Shown in pieces: positions 17,946 through 27,844 of a DNA stretch of 30,873 nucleotides. A program made the translations under genes and the position numbers. The stretch's first letter is position 1, and the number at the start of each line of letters is the position of its first letter. Below the pieces are notes generated by a model. It saw nothing but the letters and a program-made list of their open reading frames with translations, ran no database searches and was not told the origin of the DNA. Source of the stretch: Promethearchaeati archaeon (GTDB taxonomy: Archaea; Asgardarchaeota; Heimdallarchaeia; JABLTI01); contig JABLTI010000045.1 in NCBI GenBank assembly GCA_013166835.1, positions 1 through 30,873 of the forward strand, given 5' to 3'.

Positions 17946-18665
17946 TTACAACTTTGCTCTTCTTCTCACTATAGGGTCATTATCCTTTAAACCTTTAAAA
18001 ACTTCATCAATATTCTCTTCCGGAGATAACTCAACATCTAGATAAACCCCAGTTCTACCAATCTTGTCTCGAGTAGTTAACACCCGAACTCTTTCTTTAA
18101 CTAAATCAACACTAACACCAATTTTCTTCGCGATAACAGATTCGTATCCAATAACTTGTGATTCCCTATGTCCTTCTTCCAATGGTGTAATAAGGATTAA
18201 TCTTTTATCAACTCCAGGTACTCGTTTTCCTTCCAGTAATTGCTTTAAATCCAAACTACCTCCAAAATGAATAAAATCAAATTCGCGTTCTCTAATTGAA
18301 GTTAAGGGAAATGTAATACATGTTTCTTCACTCGGGTAGATGTGTGCCTTTACTAGATGTTTAGGAGTAGCTTGTACAATTTTCTTTGCAAAAATTTGTA
18401 AGCCTTCTTGTTGGAGAGCTGTTTCGATCTTAAAGGATGAAATTTCGTATGGTATAAATAAATCAATATCACTGGTTTCTGAAACATCTCCTCTTGTAAT
18501 TGAACCATATATTATAGATTGAATGCTATGCTTGGCTAATTTTTCCATGAGGTTAATCGCTTTGTCCCTAATTTCCTTTAGTAATAACCAATGCTCAGGA
18601 GTATACACAACTTCAATAGTGTCAGCAATACCTTTTGTTTTTGTGCCAGAAGCTTTTCGTTTCAT
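17946..18665 (-). CDS. Pol-beta superfamily nucleotidyltransferase, archaeal (COG2413-like)
   Basis: YGSITRGDVSETSDID motif, RVPGVDKRL, ERVRVLTTRDKIGRTGVY. ATG 18665 has a GGTGGA RBS, so it is preferred over TTG 18689. Confidence 0.85.
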   Translation of the reverse strand: MKRKASGTKTKGIADTIEVVYTPEHWLLLKEIRDKAINLMEKLAKHSIQSIIYGSITRGDVSETSDIDLFIPYEISSFKIETALQQEGLQIFAKKIVQATPKHLVKAHIYPSEETCITFPLTSIREREFDFIHFGGSLDLKQLLEGKRVPGVDKRLILITPLEEGHRESQVIGYESVIAKKIGVSVDLVKERVRVLTTRDKIGRTGVYLDVELSPEENIDEVFKGLKDNDPIVRRRAKL

Positions 18666-18818
18666 TATTCCACCAATAGTTGTTAACAAATATTACCTCT
18701 TAATACTAATTTCTTTTTCCAAGAAAATTGAAGAAAGTTACCATAGGTTTTTTAAAATTCATTGATTTCATCACTCATATAAATAATTAAAATGATGATT
18801 TATAAAGAGGAATAAACT

Positions 18819-19994
18819 ATGCTGCACTGGGGATATACATTACTTATTATTGCAGTCATTTGGTTCATAGTTTATTTACTTGGACGCTATCTCAAAGTTG
18901 ATGAGAAATTTGATTGGACTCTTGGACCCTTATTCCTATTAATGCGTACGAAACGATTCAACAAGATAATAAAACGAATAGCAAAGAAATACGCTCGGTT
19001 CTGGAGGGTATTTGGTAATATTTCTATTTTCTTTGGCTTACTTATGACGCTAGCATCAATTGGATTATTGGTCTTCAGTTTGGTAAATTTCTTTAAACCA
19101 ATTATACCTGTTACAGGTCCTACTGTTGGGTTAATTATCCCTGGAGTAACGATCTCTTTCAGAACATTCATGTATTTAATTATTCCAATAATCCTCACTA
19201 TGGTACCTCATGAACTAGCTCATGGGGTCGTTAGTCATGCCGATGGTGTTGAATTAAAATCAACTGGTTTAGTTTTCTTTGCCATATTTTTTGGTGCGTT
19301 TGTTGAACCAGAAGAAGAGGGTTTGATTAAATCATCTTACAAGACTAGAATGAGGACATTTGCTGCTGGAATGTTCCCCAATTTACTACTTGGCTTACTC
19401 ACAATACCTGTGTTAATTTTTTCTGCAAATATAGTAGCTCCTTTTTATTATCCGGCGGATGGTGTTTTAATACATGAAGTAGTAAATGATACACCAGCTG
19501 ATATTGAAGGATTAAAACGAGGAATTGCTATCTTTGATATAAATTCTACTCATATTGATACATATGAAACCTTTTCAAATTACATGAATAACACAAAACC
19601 AAATCAATTAATAATACTAAATACGACTGAGGGAACGTTTAATATTCATTTAACCCCACATCCAGATTTCAATCAATCGGGGTATCTAGGTGTACGAACA
19701 ATCCCATACCAAGAACCAAAATTTCCTTGGGTATGGAAATTCTTCCCATACTTCTTTGATCAGACTATCATGTGGACACTCGTTGTTTCATTTGGATCCG
19801 TTCTGTTCAATGCCTTACCAATACCTTTTGTTCTAGATGGTGATAAATTACTTTCATCCTTTTTGTTTCAATACATGAAAAATAAGAAACTAGCGCTAAT
19901 TATATTGGATATCTTCAGATTTCTTGCTCTTGCATTATTCTTAGCTGTATTAATCATCCCATTATTTAAGTATGGATTCGTTCCCTTTGGTTAA
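18819..19994 (+). CDS. Site-2 protease (M50 intramembrane zinc metalloprotease) with PDZ domain
   Basis: HELAH, GAFVEP, AAGMFPN, PDZ-like VVNDTPADIEGLKRG, FNALPIPFVLDG. Confidence 0.93.
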   Translation: MLHWGYTLLIIAVIWFIVYLLGRYLKVDEKFDWTLGPLFLLMRTKRFNKIIKRIAKKYARFWRVFGNISIFFGLLMTLASIGLLVFSLVNFFKPIIPVTGPTVGLIIPGVTISFRTFMYLIIPIILTMVPHELAHGVVSHADGVELKSTGLVFFAIFFGAFVEPEEEGLIKSSYKTRMRTFAAGMFPNLLLGLLTIPVLIFSANIVAPFYYPADGVLIHEVVNDTPADIEGLKRGIAIFDINSTHIDTYETFSNYMNNTKPNQLIILNTTEGTFNIHLTPHPDFNQSGYLGVRTIPYQEPKFPWVWKFFPYFFDQTIMWTLVVSFGSVLFNALPIPFVLDGDKLLSSFLFQYMKNKKLALIILDIFRFLALALFLAVLIIPLFKYGFVPFG

Positions 19995-20033
19995 AAAGAA
20001 GGATTCCAAAAAAAGTTTAGGAGACGAAGCTCA

Positions 20034-20934
20034 TTGACAAAGAATCTACCGGAATGCTATACCTGTAAGAAAAAACCGGCTGTAACATATAGGAGAATCG
20101 ATGGTAGATACCTTTGTAAGGAATGTTTTTCCAAATGGGTTTCATCAATTGTTAGAAAAACCGTTAGTCAAAAAAAGCTATTTGAGAGAAACGATAGAAT
20201 TATAGTGGGATTATCGGGAGGAAAAGATAGCACAGTTTTATTAGATATTTTACATAAGATTGAACGAAAATATCCCTCAGAACTCATTGCTGTTTGTATT
20301 GATGAAGGGATTGCTAATTATAGAGAAGATGGACTCCCAATTGCTGAAAAGATTGCTAAGAATCTAGATGTGGAATTTCATCTTTTTTCTTTCAAAGAGT
20401 TAATCGGTTATTCTTTAGACGAAATTGTTGAGAGATCTCGAGAGCTCCAAGAGAAACTCCCATCAAAAGGGGAAACAAAAATAGTTAAGCATGGTCCCTG
20501 TTCATTTTGTGGTGTTTTTCGAAGAAAAGCATTAAACATCGCTGCAAGAAAACTCAACGGGGATAAGGTTGCTACAGGTCATAATTTAAATGATGTAACA
20601 CAAACTATTCTTCTAAATTTGCTTCGTGGTGACTCCAACAAACTTCTTAGAGGAGAATTGCCACCAGAGAAGACACACGAACTTTTTGTCCCTCGAGTAA
20701 AACCGCTTCAAGCAGTAGCAGAACGTGACGTTGTTTTGTATGCTTTTTACAATAATCTTACCTATCACACAACAGAATGTCCATATGCATCAAAAATGGG
20801 CAGATCCATCAGCTGAACTCACAAACAAAGAAGAAGCTAAAACATATTATCTTTGTGAAATTTGTTCTGAACCAGCTAGCAGCAAAGTATGCAAAGGCTG
20901 TCAAATGCTAAACACTTTGTTTAAGAAAAACTAG
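20034..20934 (+). pseudogene. ttuA: tRNA 2-thiolation protein TtuA/Ncs6 (TIGR00269), split by a frameshifting deletion near 20808 (real lesion or assembly gap)
   Basis: N-terminal zinc finger CYTC...LCKEC, PP-loop SGGKDS, CSFCGVFRR, TGHNLND, ECPYA. The C-terminal zinc finger CEICSEP...CKGC is in the +1 frame and ends at 20934. Confidence 0.88.
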
Positions 20935-20949
20935 CTAATTGTAAAGAAA

Positions 20950-23742
20950 TTATTTTGAAATCATATTTCTTAAAACCGTGTGCAAAATGCCACCGTTTCT
21001 ATAGTACTCTACCTCAACATCGGAATCTAAACGAGCTAATACTTTGAATTCCTTCTTGTTGCCATCAAGGTCAGTTGTTGTAACTACTAGTTGTTTGCCA
21101 GGAGAAATATCTTCGATTCCAGTAATACTAAATTGCTCTTTTCCAGTTAGCTTTAATGACTCTAAATCTTCTCCCTTGAGAAATTCAAGGGGTAATACTC
21201 CCATTCCCACAAGATTGCTTCTGTGGATTCTTTCATAAGAAACAGCTATTACTGCTTTAATCCCAAGTAACAAAGTTCCTTTTGCAGCCCAATCCCGAGA
21301 ACTTCCCGTTCCATATTCTTTACCTGCGATTACTATTAGTGGTATATTAGCATCTTTGTATTTCATTGCTGCTTCGAAAATACTCATTATTTCATTTGAC
21401 GGAATATAATTTGTCCATCCTCCTTCCTTATCTGGTGCTAATTTATTCCTCAAACGAATATTACCAAATGTACCTCGTAGCATTACTTCATGATTGCCTC
21501 TTCTTGAACCAAAGGAATTGAAATCTAGAGGTTTAATGCCTTTTTCTATCAAGTAAGTACCTGCCGGATCTTTAGCTGGTATTGCTCCTGCTGGAGAGAT
21601 ATGATCAGTAGTTAGGGAATCACCTAATAAAGCCAAAACACGAGCATCATTGATATTCGTTATTTTAGGAGATTGTATTGGAAAATCGATGAAGAAAGGT
21701 GGTTCTTGAATATATGTTGAATTCAAATCCCAATTATAGTTTTTTCCTTTTGGAATGGAAAGATTTAGCCATAAATCTGTTCCCTCAAAAATCTCAGAAT
21801 ATTGTTTCCTAAATAATTCACTACTTACATTTTCAGAAATAATTTCTTTAATTTCATCTTTACTTGGCCAAATGTCTTTCAGAAAAACTGGGTTTCCTTG
21901 TTTATCATTCCCAATTGGATCTTTTGTTAAATTAATGTCTATTGTACCAGCTAATGCAAAAGCAACAACTAGTATTGGGGAAGCAAGATAATTAGCTTTA
22001 GTATACGGATTAATTCTTCCTTCAAAATTTCGATTTCCACTGAGAACAGAAGCTACGACTAGGTCTTCATCTTGTATAATTTTCACAATTTTCTTATCTA
22101 AAGGACCACTATTACCAATACAAGTTGTACAACCATAACCAACTATGTGAAATCCTAATTTCTCTAAAAATGGTAATAAATTAGCTTTCTCCAGATACCC
22201 AGAAACTACTCGTGATCCAGGAGCCAAACTTGTTTTTACAAATGGTTTTACAGTTAATCCTTTTTCTACGGCTTTTTTAGCAAGTAAGCCTGCTCCAATC
22301 AGCACAGATGGATTTGAAGTATTTGTACACGAGGTGATTGCAGCAATTACAACGGATCCATTTTTAATTTTATCGTCAACCAATTTACTTTTACTGATAT
22401 TTGCTTTTCTTTCAAGCCATTGCTGATATTTGGAATCCGTCTCTATGAAACTGTCAGATTCTGAACTACCTCCCTCATCTTGCCATCTTTCATGTTCATC
22501 TTCGTGAGAGATTTCATGTATTACAGTCTCTTTACCAAATACTTCTGAAAGCGCAAAATCAAATGCTTCTTCCATTTGATTCAATGGAATTCTATCTTGA
22601 GGTCTTTTTGGTCCTGCGAGACTTGGTTCAATGGTGAGAAGATCTAATTCCAGAACATCAGTATACATTGGTTCTTCCATATCTTGTTCGTAGAATATGC
22701 CTTGACTTTGCGAGTAATTCTTTATCAACTCAATGTGTTCTTTTTTCCGACCTGATAAAAGCAAGTACTTGAGTGTTTGTTCATCAATTGGGAAAAATCC
22801 CATGGTTGCTCCATATTCTGGCGACATATTGGATATTGTTGCTCTATCAGGTAAACTTAGATTACACAAACCCGATCCAAAAAACTCGACGAATTTGCCT
22901 ACTACCCCATATTCTCGAAGCATTTGAGTTACTCTTAACACAAGATCAGTTGCTGTAACACCTTCTTTCAATTCACCAACTAATCTTACACCTATAACAT
23001 CGGGGATTGGCATGTAGTAAGGTTGTCCGAGCATAACAGCTTCTGCTTCAATACCACCGACACCCCACCCTAAAACTCCTAACCCGTTAATCATAGTTGT
23101 ATGAGAATCAGTACCAACAAGAGTATCAGGAAAAGCAATTAGTTTCTCATCAATTTTCTTTATTTGTATAACAGATGCCAAATATTCTAGATTTACTTGA
23201 TGCACAATACCTCTGCCCGGTGGAACAACTTTGAAATTATCAAAAGCATCCTGAGCCCAACGGAGAAGCATATATCGTTCCTTATTTCGTACAAATTCTA
23301 TTTCTTCATTTTTCACTCTGGCATCTTGCGTTCCATAATAATCAACTTGTACAGAATGATCAATAACCAGATCCACTGGAACTATAGGATTTATACTTGC
23401 TGGATTTCCGCCTAACCTCTTGTATGCTGATCGCATTGCTGCAAGATCAACAACAGCAGGTACTCCTGTAAAATCTTGTAAAATCACTCTAGCAGGGATA
23501 AAAGGGAAATCCTCTTTTATTTTCTTCATAGGATTCCAATTTGCTAGGTTCTCAATATGTTCAATCTTTATGATATTATTATCAAAATTTCGAAGAACTG
23601 CTTCCAATAGGATTTTAATGGAGAATGGTAAACGAGAAATGTTTTCCAAACCAATCTTTTTGAGTTTGTTTATGTTATAAAATGTGATTCTTTTTTTATC
23701 ATATAGTAATTCATCAGTAACGTCTAATTGTTTTTCACTCAT
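20950..23742 (-). CDS. acnA: Aconitate hydratase A
   Basis: RVILQDFTGVP, DLVIDHSVQVD, GTDSHT, AAITSCTNTSNP, GYGCTTCIGNSG, TTDHISPAG, GSSRDWAAKG. Confidence 0.97.
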   Translation of the reverse strand: MSEKQLDVTDELLYDKKRITFYNINKLKKIGLENISRLPFSIKILLEAVLRNFDNNIIKIEHIENLANWNPMKKIKEDFPFIPARVILQDFTGVPAVVDLAAMRSAYKRLGGNPASINPIVPVDLVIDHSVQVDYYGTQDARVKNEEIEFVRNKERYMLLRWAQDAFDNFKVVPPGRGIVHQVNLEYLASVIQIKKIDEKLIAFPDTLVGTDSHTTMINGLGVLGWGVGGIEAEAVMLGQPYYMPIPDVIGVRLVGELKEGVTATDLVLRVTQMLREYGVVGKFVEFFGSGLCNLSLPDRATISNMSPEYGATMGFFPIDEQTLKYLLLSGRKKEHIELIKNYSQSQGIFYEQDMEEPMYTDVLELDLLTIEPSLAGPKRPQDRIPLNQMEEAFDFALSEVFGKETVIHEISHEDEHERWQDEGGSSESDSFIETDSKYQQWLERKANISKSKLVDDKIKNGSVVIAAITSCTNTSNPSVLIGAGLLAKKAVEKGLTVKPFVKTSLAPGSRVVSGYLEKANLLPFLEKLGFHIVGYGCTTCIGNSGPLDKKIVKIIQDEDLVVASVLSGNRNFEGRINPYTKANYLASPILVVAFALAGTIDINLTKDPIGNDKQGNPVFLKDIWPSKDEIKEIISENVSSELFRKQYSEIFEGTDLWLNLSIPKGKNYNWDLNSTYIQEPPFFIDFPIQSPKITNINDARVLALLGDSLTTDHISPAGAIPAKDPAGTYLIEKGIKPLDFNSFGSRRGNHEVMLRGTFGNIRLRNKLAPDKEGGWTNYIPSNEIMSIFEAAMKYKDANIPLIVIAGKEYGTGSSRDWAAKGTLLLGIKAVIAVSYERIHRSNLVGMGVLPLEFLKGEDLESLKLTGKEQFSITGIEDISPGKQLVVTTTDLDGNKKEFKVLARLDSDVEVEYYRNGGILHTVLRNMISK

Positions 23743-24884
23743 TCTCCAAACACGTGTGTACTTTTATTATCCAGCTTATGATGATCCCCAATATATTTGG
23801 CTCTTGGTCTTATTAATCGATTATCTTTATATTGTTCCAAAGCGTGAGCTAACCATCCAGTTATTCGTCCTAAAGCAAATATTGCAGTCGCTAGTTTAGG
23901 TGGAATATCAAGATATTTGTAAATAACTCCTGAATAAAAGTCTACATTCATGAAGATTGTTTTTCCTTGTTTTTCAACAAGCTCTCTAGTAACAACCTCT
24001 TCAATTTTGCAGGCCATATCATACCATTTCATATCATTCTTCTCTTCAGCGAGTTTTTTCGCTAAATCCCTGAAAATGTTTGCTCTTGGATCAATAACTT
24101 TGTAGACTCTATGCCCAAAACCCATTATTCTTTGCTTGTTTTTAATCAAATTCATAATGTACTTTTCGGTGTTTTTCGCCTCGCCTATTTCATCCAACAT
24201 ATTCATGACTGCTAAACGGGCACCACCATGAAGAACACCTTTCAGTGTACCTATTCCTGAGATAATAGCTGAATGAATATCTGATAAAGTTGAAGCAGTT
24301 ACTCTAACTGCAAAAGTGGAAGCATTCAATTCGTGTTCAGCACTTAAAATGAAATCTACATTTAGAATTTTAGCTTCTAGTACTGTTGGTATTTCTCCTC
24401 TAAGCATGTATAAGAAGTTTGAACAATGAGGTAATAATTCATTTGGTTTAATTATTTCTTTGCCTTCATGTATTCTTTGAAAATACGCAACTGCTGTTGG
24501 AGCTTTTGCAATTAATCTAAGAGCTTTGCTAATATTTTCTTCTCGAGTATTGCCATTTAGATCAGGATCACTATGAGACATATGAGCTATTGCTGTCATT
24601 AATGCGTCCATAGCTTCAATATTGAAATTATAAAAATGTATAACTTCCTTCGTATGAACATCCAATTCTCTTCTTTCTTTTACCATATTAGAAAATTGAT
24701 CAAGTTCTTTTATGTTTGGAAGTTTACCATGAAGTAAAAGATAAATTACTTCATCGAAGGATAATTTGGCTAATTGTTCAATTCTATATCCTCGATATTC
24801 TAATATACCCTTTACGCCGTCAATATAAGAGATTTCAGTTTCAAGTGCTACTATGCCCTCTAAACCTTTCTTGAAGTCTGTCAT
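23739..24884 (-). CDS. gltA: Citrate synthase / 2-methylcitrate synthase (short dimeric type)
   Basis: KGLEG, YRGY, AEHELNAST, LHGGA, MGFGHRVYK..DPRA, NVDFYSG, RLIRP. ATGA overlap with acnA indicates translational coupling. Confidence 0.93.
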   Translation of the reverse strand: MTDFKKGLEGIVALETEISYIDGVKGILEYRGYRIEQLAKLSFDEVIYLLLHGKLPNIKELDQFSNMVKERRELDVHTKEVIHFYNFNIEAMDALMTAIAHMSHSDPDLNGNTREENISKALRLIAKAPTAVAYFQRIHEGKEIIKPNELLPHCSNFLYMLRGEIPTVLEAKILNVDFILSAEHELNASTFAVRVTASTLSDIHSAIISGIGTLKGVLHGGARLAVMNMLDEIGEAKNTEKYIMNLIKNKQRIMGFGHRVYKVIDPRANIFRDLAKKLAEEKNDMKWYDMACKIEEVVTRELVEKQGKTIFMNVDFYSGVIYKYLDIPPKLATAIFALGRITGWLAHALEQYKDNRLIRPRAKYIGDHHKLDNKSTHVFGE

Positions 24885-24993
24885 TTTTACACCTAATAAT
24901 ATTAATGAATTATTTTAAAGATAAATAAAATACTATTATTAAATGTTCTTTTAGAAAAAAAAACACTTATCATCATAAATTTTCCCTTAAATT

Positions 24994-26034
24994 TCAGTAA
25001 AGAATATCCCTACGCATGTCTTTTACAGTTTCACAACCAGTTATTTTCATTGCTTTCTTAAGTGTTGAATGGACATGATTCATTAAGCGGGTAACACCTG
25101 CAGCTCCACCACCAACTGCTGCTCTTATTACATCTCTTCCCAATAGAACTCCATCAGCACCTAATGCCATGACTTTCAAAACATCATAACCTGTTCTAAT
25201 TCCTCCATCAATAAGGATAGTTGTTTTTCCTTTAACAACTTGGACAATATCAGGTAATACATCAGCAGTTCCTGGTGTATGATCTAAAACTCGTCCTCCA
25301 TGATTTGAAACTACGATTGCTTTTGCTCCTGCTCTAACAGCTGATTCAGCATCTTCAATATTCATTATACCTTTAATAATAAATGGTAGCTTTGTTGAAG
25401 TTATTAGTTCTTTCAGATCATCAACTGTTTTACGGAAGACAGGTTTCTCATGTCTAGCCATTATAACAGATCCACAACCATCAACATCCACTCCAACAGC
25501 AATTGCTTTGATTTTTTCAGCTTTCTTAATAAATTGTTTAATGGTCTCCTGCTCTCTCGGTTTGATAATTTTGATTCCCCAACCATCAGCTTCTTCGATT
25601 GCATCCAAACCATAAGTATTCTCCAGTGAATACGTGTAAGTATCTCCTCTGAAACCAATCGTTCCCGCATCTTTACAACCTAAAACAATAGATCTACATA
25701 ATTCCTTTTCAGTGATTACTTCTTCTCCACCAAAACTATTAACTCCAGTAACACTTGCTCCCATTATAGGAAATAATATCTTCTTCCCGAGGAAAGTAGT
25801 TTCTGTAATTGATTCGAGATGAGGATCAATTGTTTTCATTTTCATTTTTATTTTTGTTAATGCTTTTACATTATTAGTAAAACTAGCTCCAGAACCAACT
25901 CCTCCTAAACCTAATTTCCTACCGTAACTTTGTCCTTGACATAAACGTGATGGATCTCCATCACAAATTCTGTATACACCACAAATCCCTTTTAATTTCA
26001 CCTTTGCTTTTTTACGATCTTCTTCGACAGACAT
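24994..26034 (-). CDS. FMN-dependent alpha-hydroxy acid dehydrogenase/oxidase
   Basis: PFIIKGI, IVVSNHGGRVLD, LIDGGIRTGYDVLKVMALGADGVLLGR; Cys-containing N-terminal segment. Confidence 0.92.
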   Translation of the reverse strand: MSVEEDRKKAKVKLKGICGVYRICDGDPSRLCQGQSYGRKLGLGGVGSGASFTNNVKALTKIKMKMKTIDPHLESITETTFLGKKILFPIMGASVTGVNSFGGEEVITEKELCRSIVLGCKDAGTIGFRGDTYTYSLENTYGLDAIEEADGWGIKIIKPREQETIKQFIKKAEKIKAIAVGVDVDGCGSVIMARHEKPVFRKTVDDLKELITSTKLPFIIKGIMNIEDAESAVRAGAKAIVVSNHGGRVLDHTPGTADVLPDIVQVVKGKTTILIDGGIRTGYDVLKVMALGADGVLLGRDVIRAAVGGGAAGVTRLMNHVHSTLKKAMKITGCETVKDMRRDILY

Positions 26035-26167
26035 TATCTCACCAGCATGAACTGAATTAACTTGCGAAATTTCAATGCTTATTAGGATAAAATACCCAAT
26101 TCATTAATTAAATCGTTTGCTTAAATTTCTTGGTTTTAGAAAATTATAACCATAAGAATTTATTAGC

Positions 26168-26187
26168 AAACGGAATACTTTTTAAAG
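26168..26187 (+). promoter_or_regulatory. BRE/TATA promoter of the SRP RNA gene
   Basis: Purine-rich AAACGGAA then TTTTTAAAG, about 25 nt upstream of the 5' end at about 26208. Confidence 0.65.
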
Positions 26188-26207
26188 GCGAAAATCACAA
26201 AAAATCT

Positions 26208-26515
26208 TGGCAAGTCTAAGCGGAGAGCTAGGGCTTCTCTATAACGGTAAATGCTCTTAACCGGCTGAAGACCTTAGTTGAGGTGATGAAATTAATTCAA
26301 GCGCCCAACAGAAGCCGTCGAAACGACGTCCTAGAAGATGTTTAATCGTAGAGACCTTCACCGGAGGGTAAGGTTAGAAAGCGTAGGGACCAAATCGGTT
26401 AGGCACGGAAGTGAGCGGCCGTCCGTCCTGTTAGGCATGCCTCTGGGGTTGCGGCGTGGAGGTAACTGTTGGTCAGCGGGGTTTTAATTAAGTCATCGAA
26501 CTTTGGGACTTGCCA
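26208..26515 (+). ncRNA. ffs: Archaeal signal recognition particle (7S) RNA
   Basis: GC-rich 308-nt island. Terminal helix TGGCAAGTC/GACTTGCCA; Alu domain with complementary loops (AGGGC/GCTCT); helix 6 ACCTTCACC-GGAG-GGTAAGGT (26354-26374); helix 8 GGTTAGGCAC-GGAA-GTGAGCGGCC; T6 tract follows. Confidence 0.96.
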
Positions 26516-26546
26516 CTTTTTAATAAAAGTAACAATTACAATTGTC

Positions 26547-27170
26547 TTAACCTGTTTTCAGATCAATGACTTCAATTGGATCATCGTTAAATGTGACAGC
26601 AATGAGAACTAGTATTTTCTGACCATCTAATGTTTCCCCACCAACAATATTTATTCCTGTTTTTGTTGAGAGGATAAAATTAATCATTTCTTTTGGATTT
26701 GGATACTTTTGATCAAGTAAATCAAATTTCTCATTATATTCCCCATAAATTGTTTGTTCCCACATTTTCTTTATAGTAATTTCTTTTTCTATTTTCATGA
26801 CTTTTCTATTTTGGGGTATTTCAAGTAATGTTTTGTTATCATCATCCATCTTAGCCGGAAATTTCTTTACCAAGAATCCTCTTACAACATTTGTTTTTGA
26901 TGAAATTGCTGTTTCAATTTGCAATGAAAGAAATGGATCCTCATCTTTCATGAACAAGACTTGAAAAGCAAGGTCTTGTGCTTGCGCTATTTTTCCTGCT
27001 AACATGTATCTAGCAATGCTTTTTGCGATTATTTTTGGAGCAGCTCTTCTCTCTTCCCCTTCCTCTCGTAAACTTTTAGTGCCTATATCTTCATAGATTT
27101 TAGCAGCTTCCACATTTTTCCCTTGTGCTTCGAGCTGTTCTGCCTTATCCAATTGCTCTTTGTATTTCAT
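26547..27170 (-). CDS. Hypothetical protein with N-terminal TPR-like helical hairpins
   Basis: 207-aa ORF with AGGAG RBS; KAEQLEAQGKNVEAAKIYEDIG is TPR-like. Confidence 0.75.
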   Translation of the reverse strand: MKYKEQLDKAEQLEAQGKNVEAAKIYEDIGTKSLREEGEERRAAPKIIAKSIARYMLAGKIAQAQDLAFQVLFMKDEDPFLSLQIETAISSKTNVVRGFLVKKFPAKMDDDNKTLLEIPQNRKVMKIEKEITIKKMWEQTIYGEYNEKFDLLDQKYPNPKEMINFILSTKTGINIVGGETLDGQKILVLIAVTFNDDPIEVIDLKTG

Positions 27171-27318
27171 AATTTAGCGACTCCTAGTTTTGGTTGAATT
27201 ATCTCTAATACTCTTGTTCAATTAGTTCTTCTATTAACATACAATATTAAGAATTTGTTGTTTTGAACAAAGAATTAACAATAAAAGAAAAAAATGAAAA
27301 ATTAAGCAGGAAAAAGAA

Positions 27319-27540
27319 TTACCTGCCTCTTCTTCGTCTACGGGATCTGCCACCAGTGAGAATCTTTTGCTCGTATCTTTCTGTCCATTTGAGTTTCCTT
27401 GGGTTTCGTTTGAAATCAACCATTGATACTCGACATTTTCTCGAACAGAACCATAAAATCGAACCATCGTTCTTAACGTACATAGTACCTGTTCCAGGTT
27501 CAATTCCGGAAGCACAGAATGCACATGTTTGTTCTTTCAT
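27319..27540 (-). CDS. rpl24e: 50S ribosomal protein L24e
   Basis: CAFC..IEPGTGTMYVKNDGSILWFCSRKC...RNPRKLKWT. Confidence 0.97.
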   Translation of the reverse strand: MKEQTCAFCASGIEPGTGTMYVKNDGSILWFCSRKCRVSMVDFKRNPRKLKWTERYEQKILTGGRSRRRRRGR

Positions 27541-27566
27541 TTGTCACATGTCTCCTTGATAATTGC

Positions 27567-27815
27567 TTATCTTCTTCCTCTCATTCTTCGAGCTTCACGT
27601 TCTGTTTCTCTTAAGACGAGAATGTCACCCACTCTTACTGGGCCTTTGACATTACGTGTTATAATCCTCATTCTATCTGGTCCTTCAAGTACTCGTACTT
27701 TACATTGAAGAACTTCACCAGTGACACCTGTGCGAGCTACTACTTGCACTATTTCCGCAGGATAAGAATTATCCTGGGTAGTTTTATCTGCATCTTGAGA
27801 TCTTCGACCGCTCAT
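27567..27815 (-). CDS. rps28e: 30S ribosomal protein S28e
   Basis: [18 protein letters not shown]...[24 protein letters not shown]. Confidence 0.97.
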   Translation of the reverse strand: MSGRRSQDADKTTQDNSYPAEIVQVVARTGVTGEVLQCKVRVLEGPDRMRIITRNVKGPVRVGDILVLRETEREARRMRGRR

Positions 27816-27844
27816 AGTGTATCACATTCCAATTATTTGTTCCT

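Noticed and set aside
26208-26515. RNase P RNA, tRNA or box C/D RNA (GTGATGA near 26283) as the identity of the GC-rich island
   Set aside because: Helix 6 and 8 motifs, the Alu domain and the length identify SRP RNA; the GATGA pairs with TCATC in helix 5.
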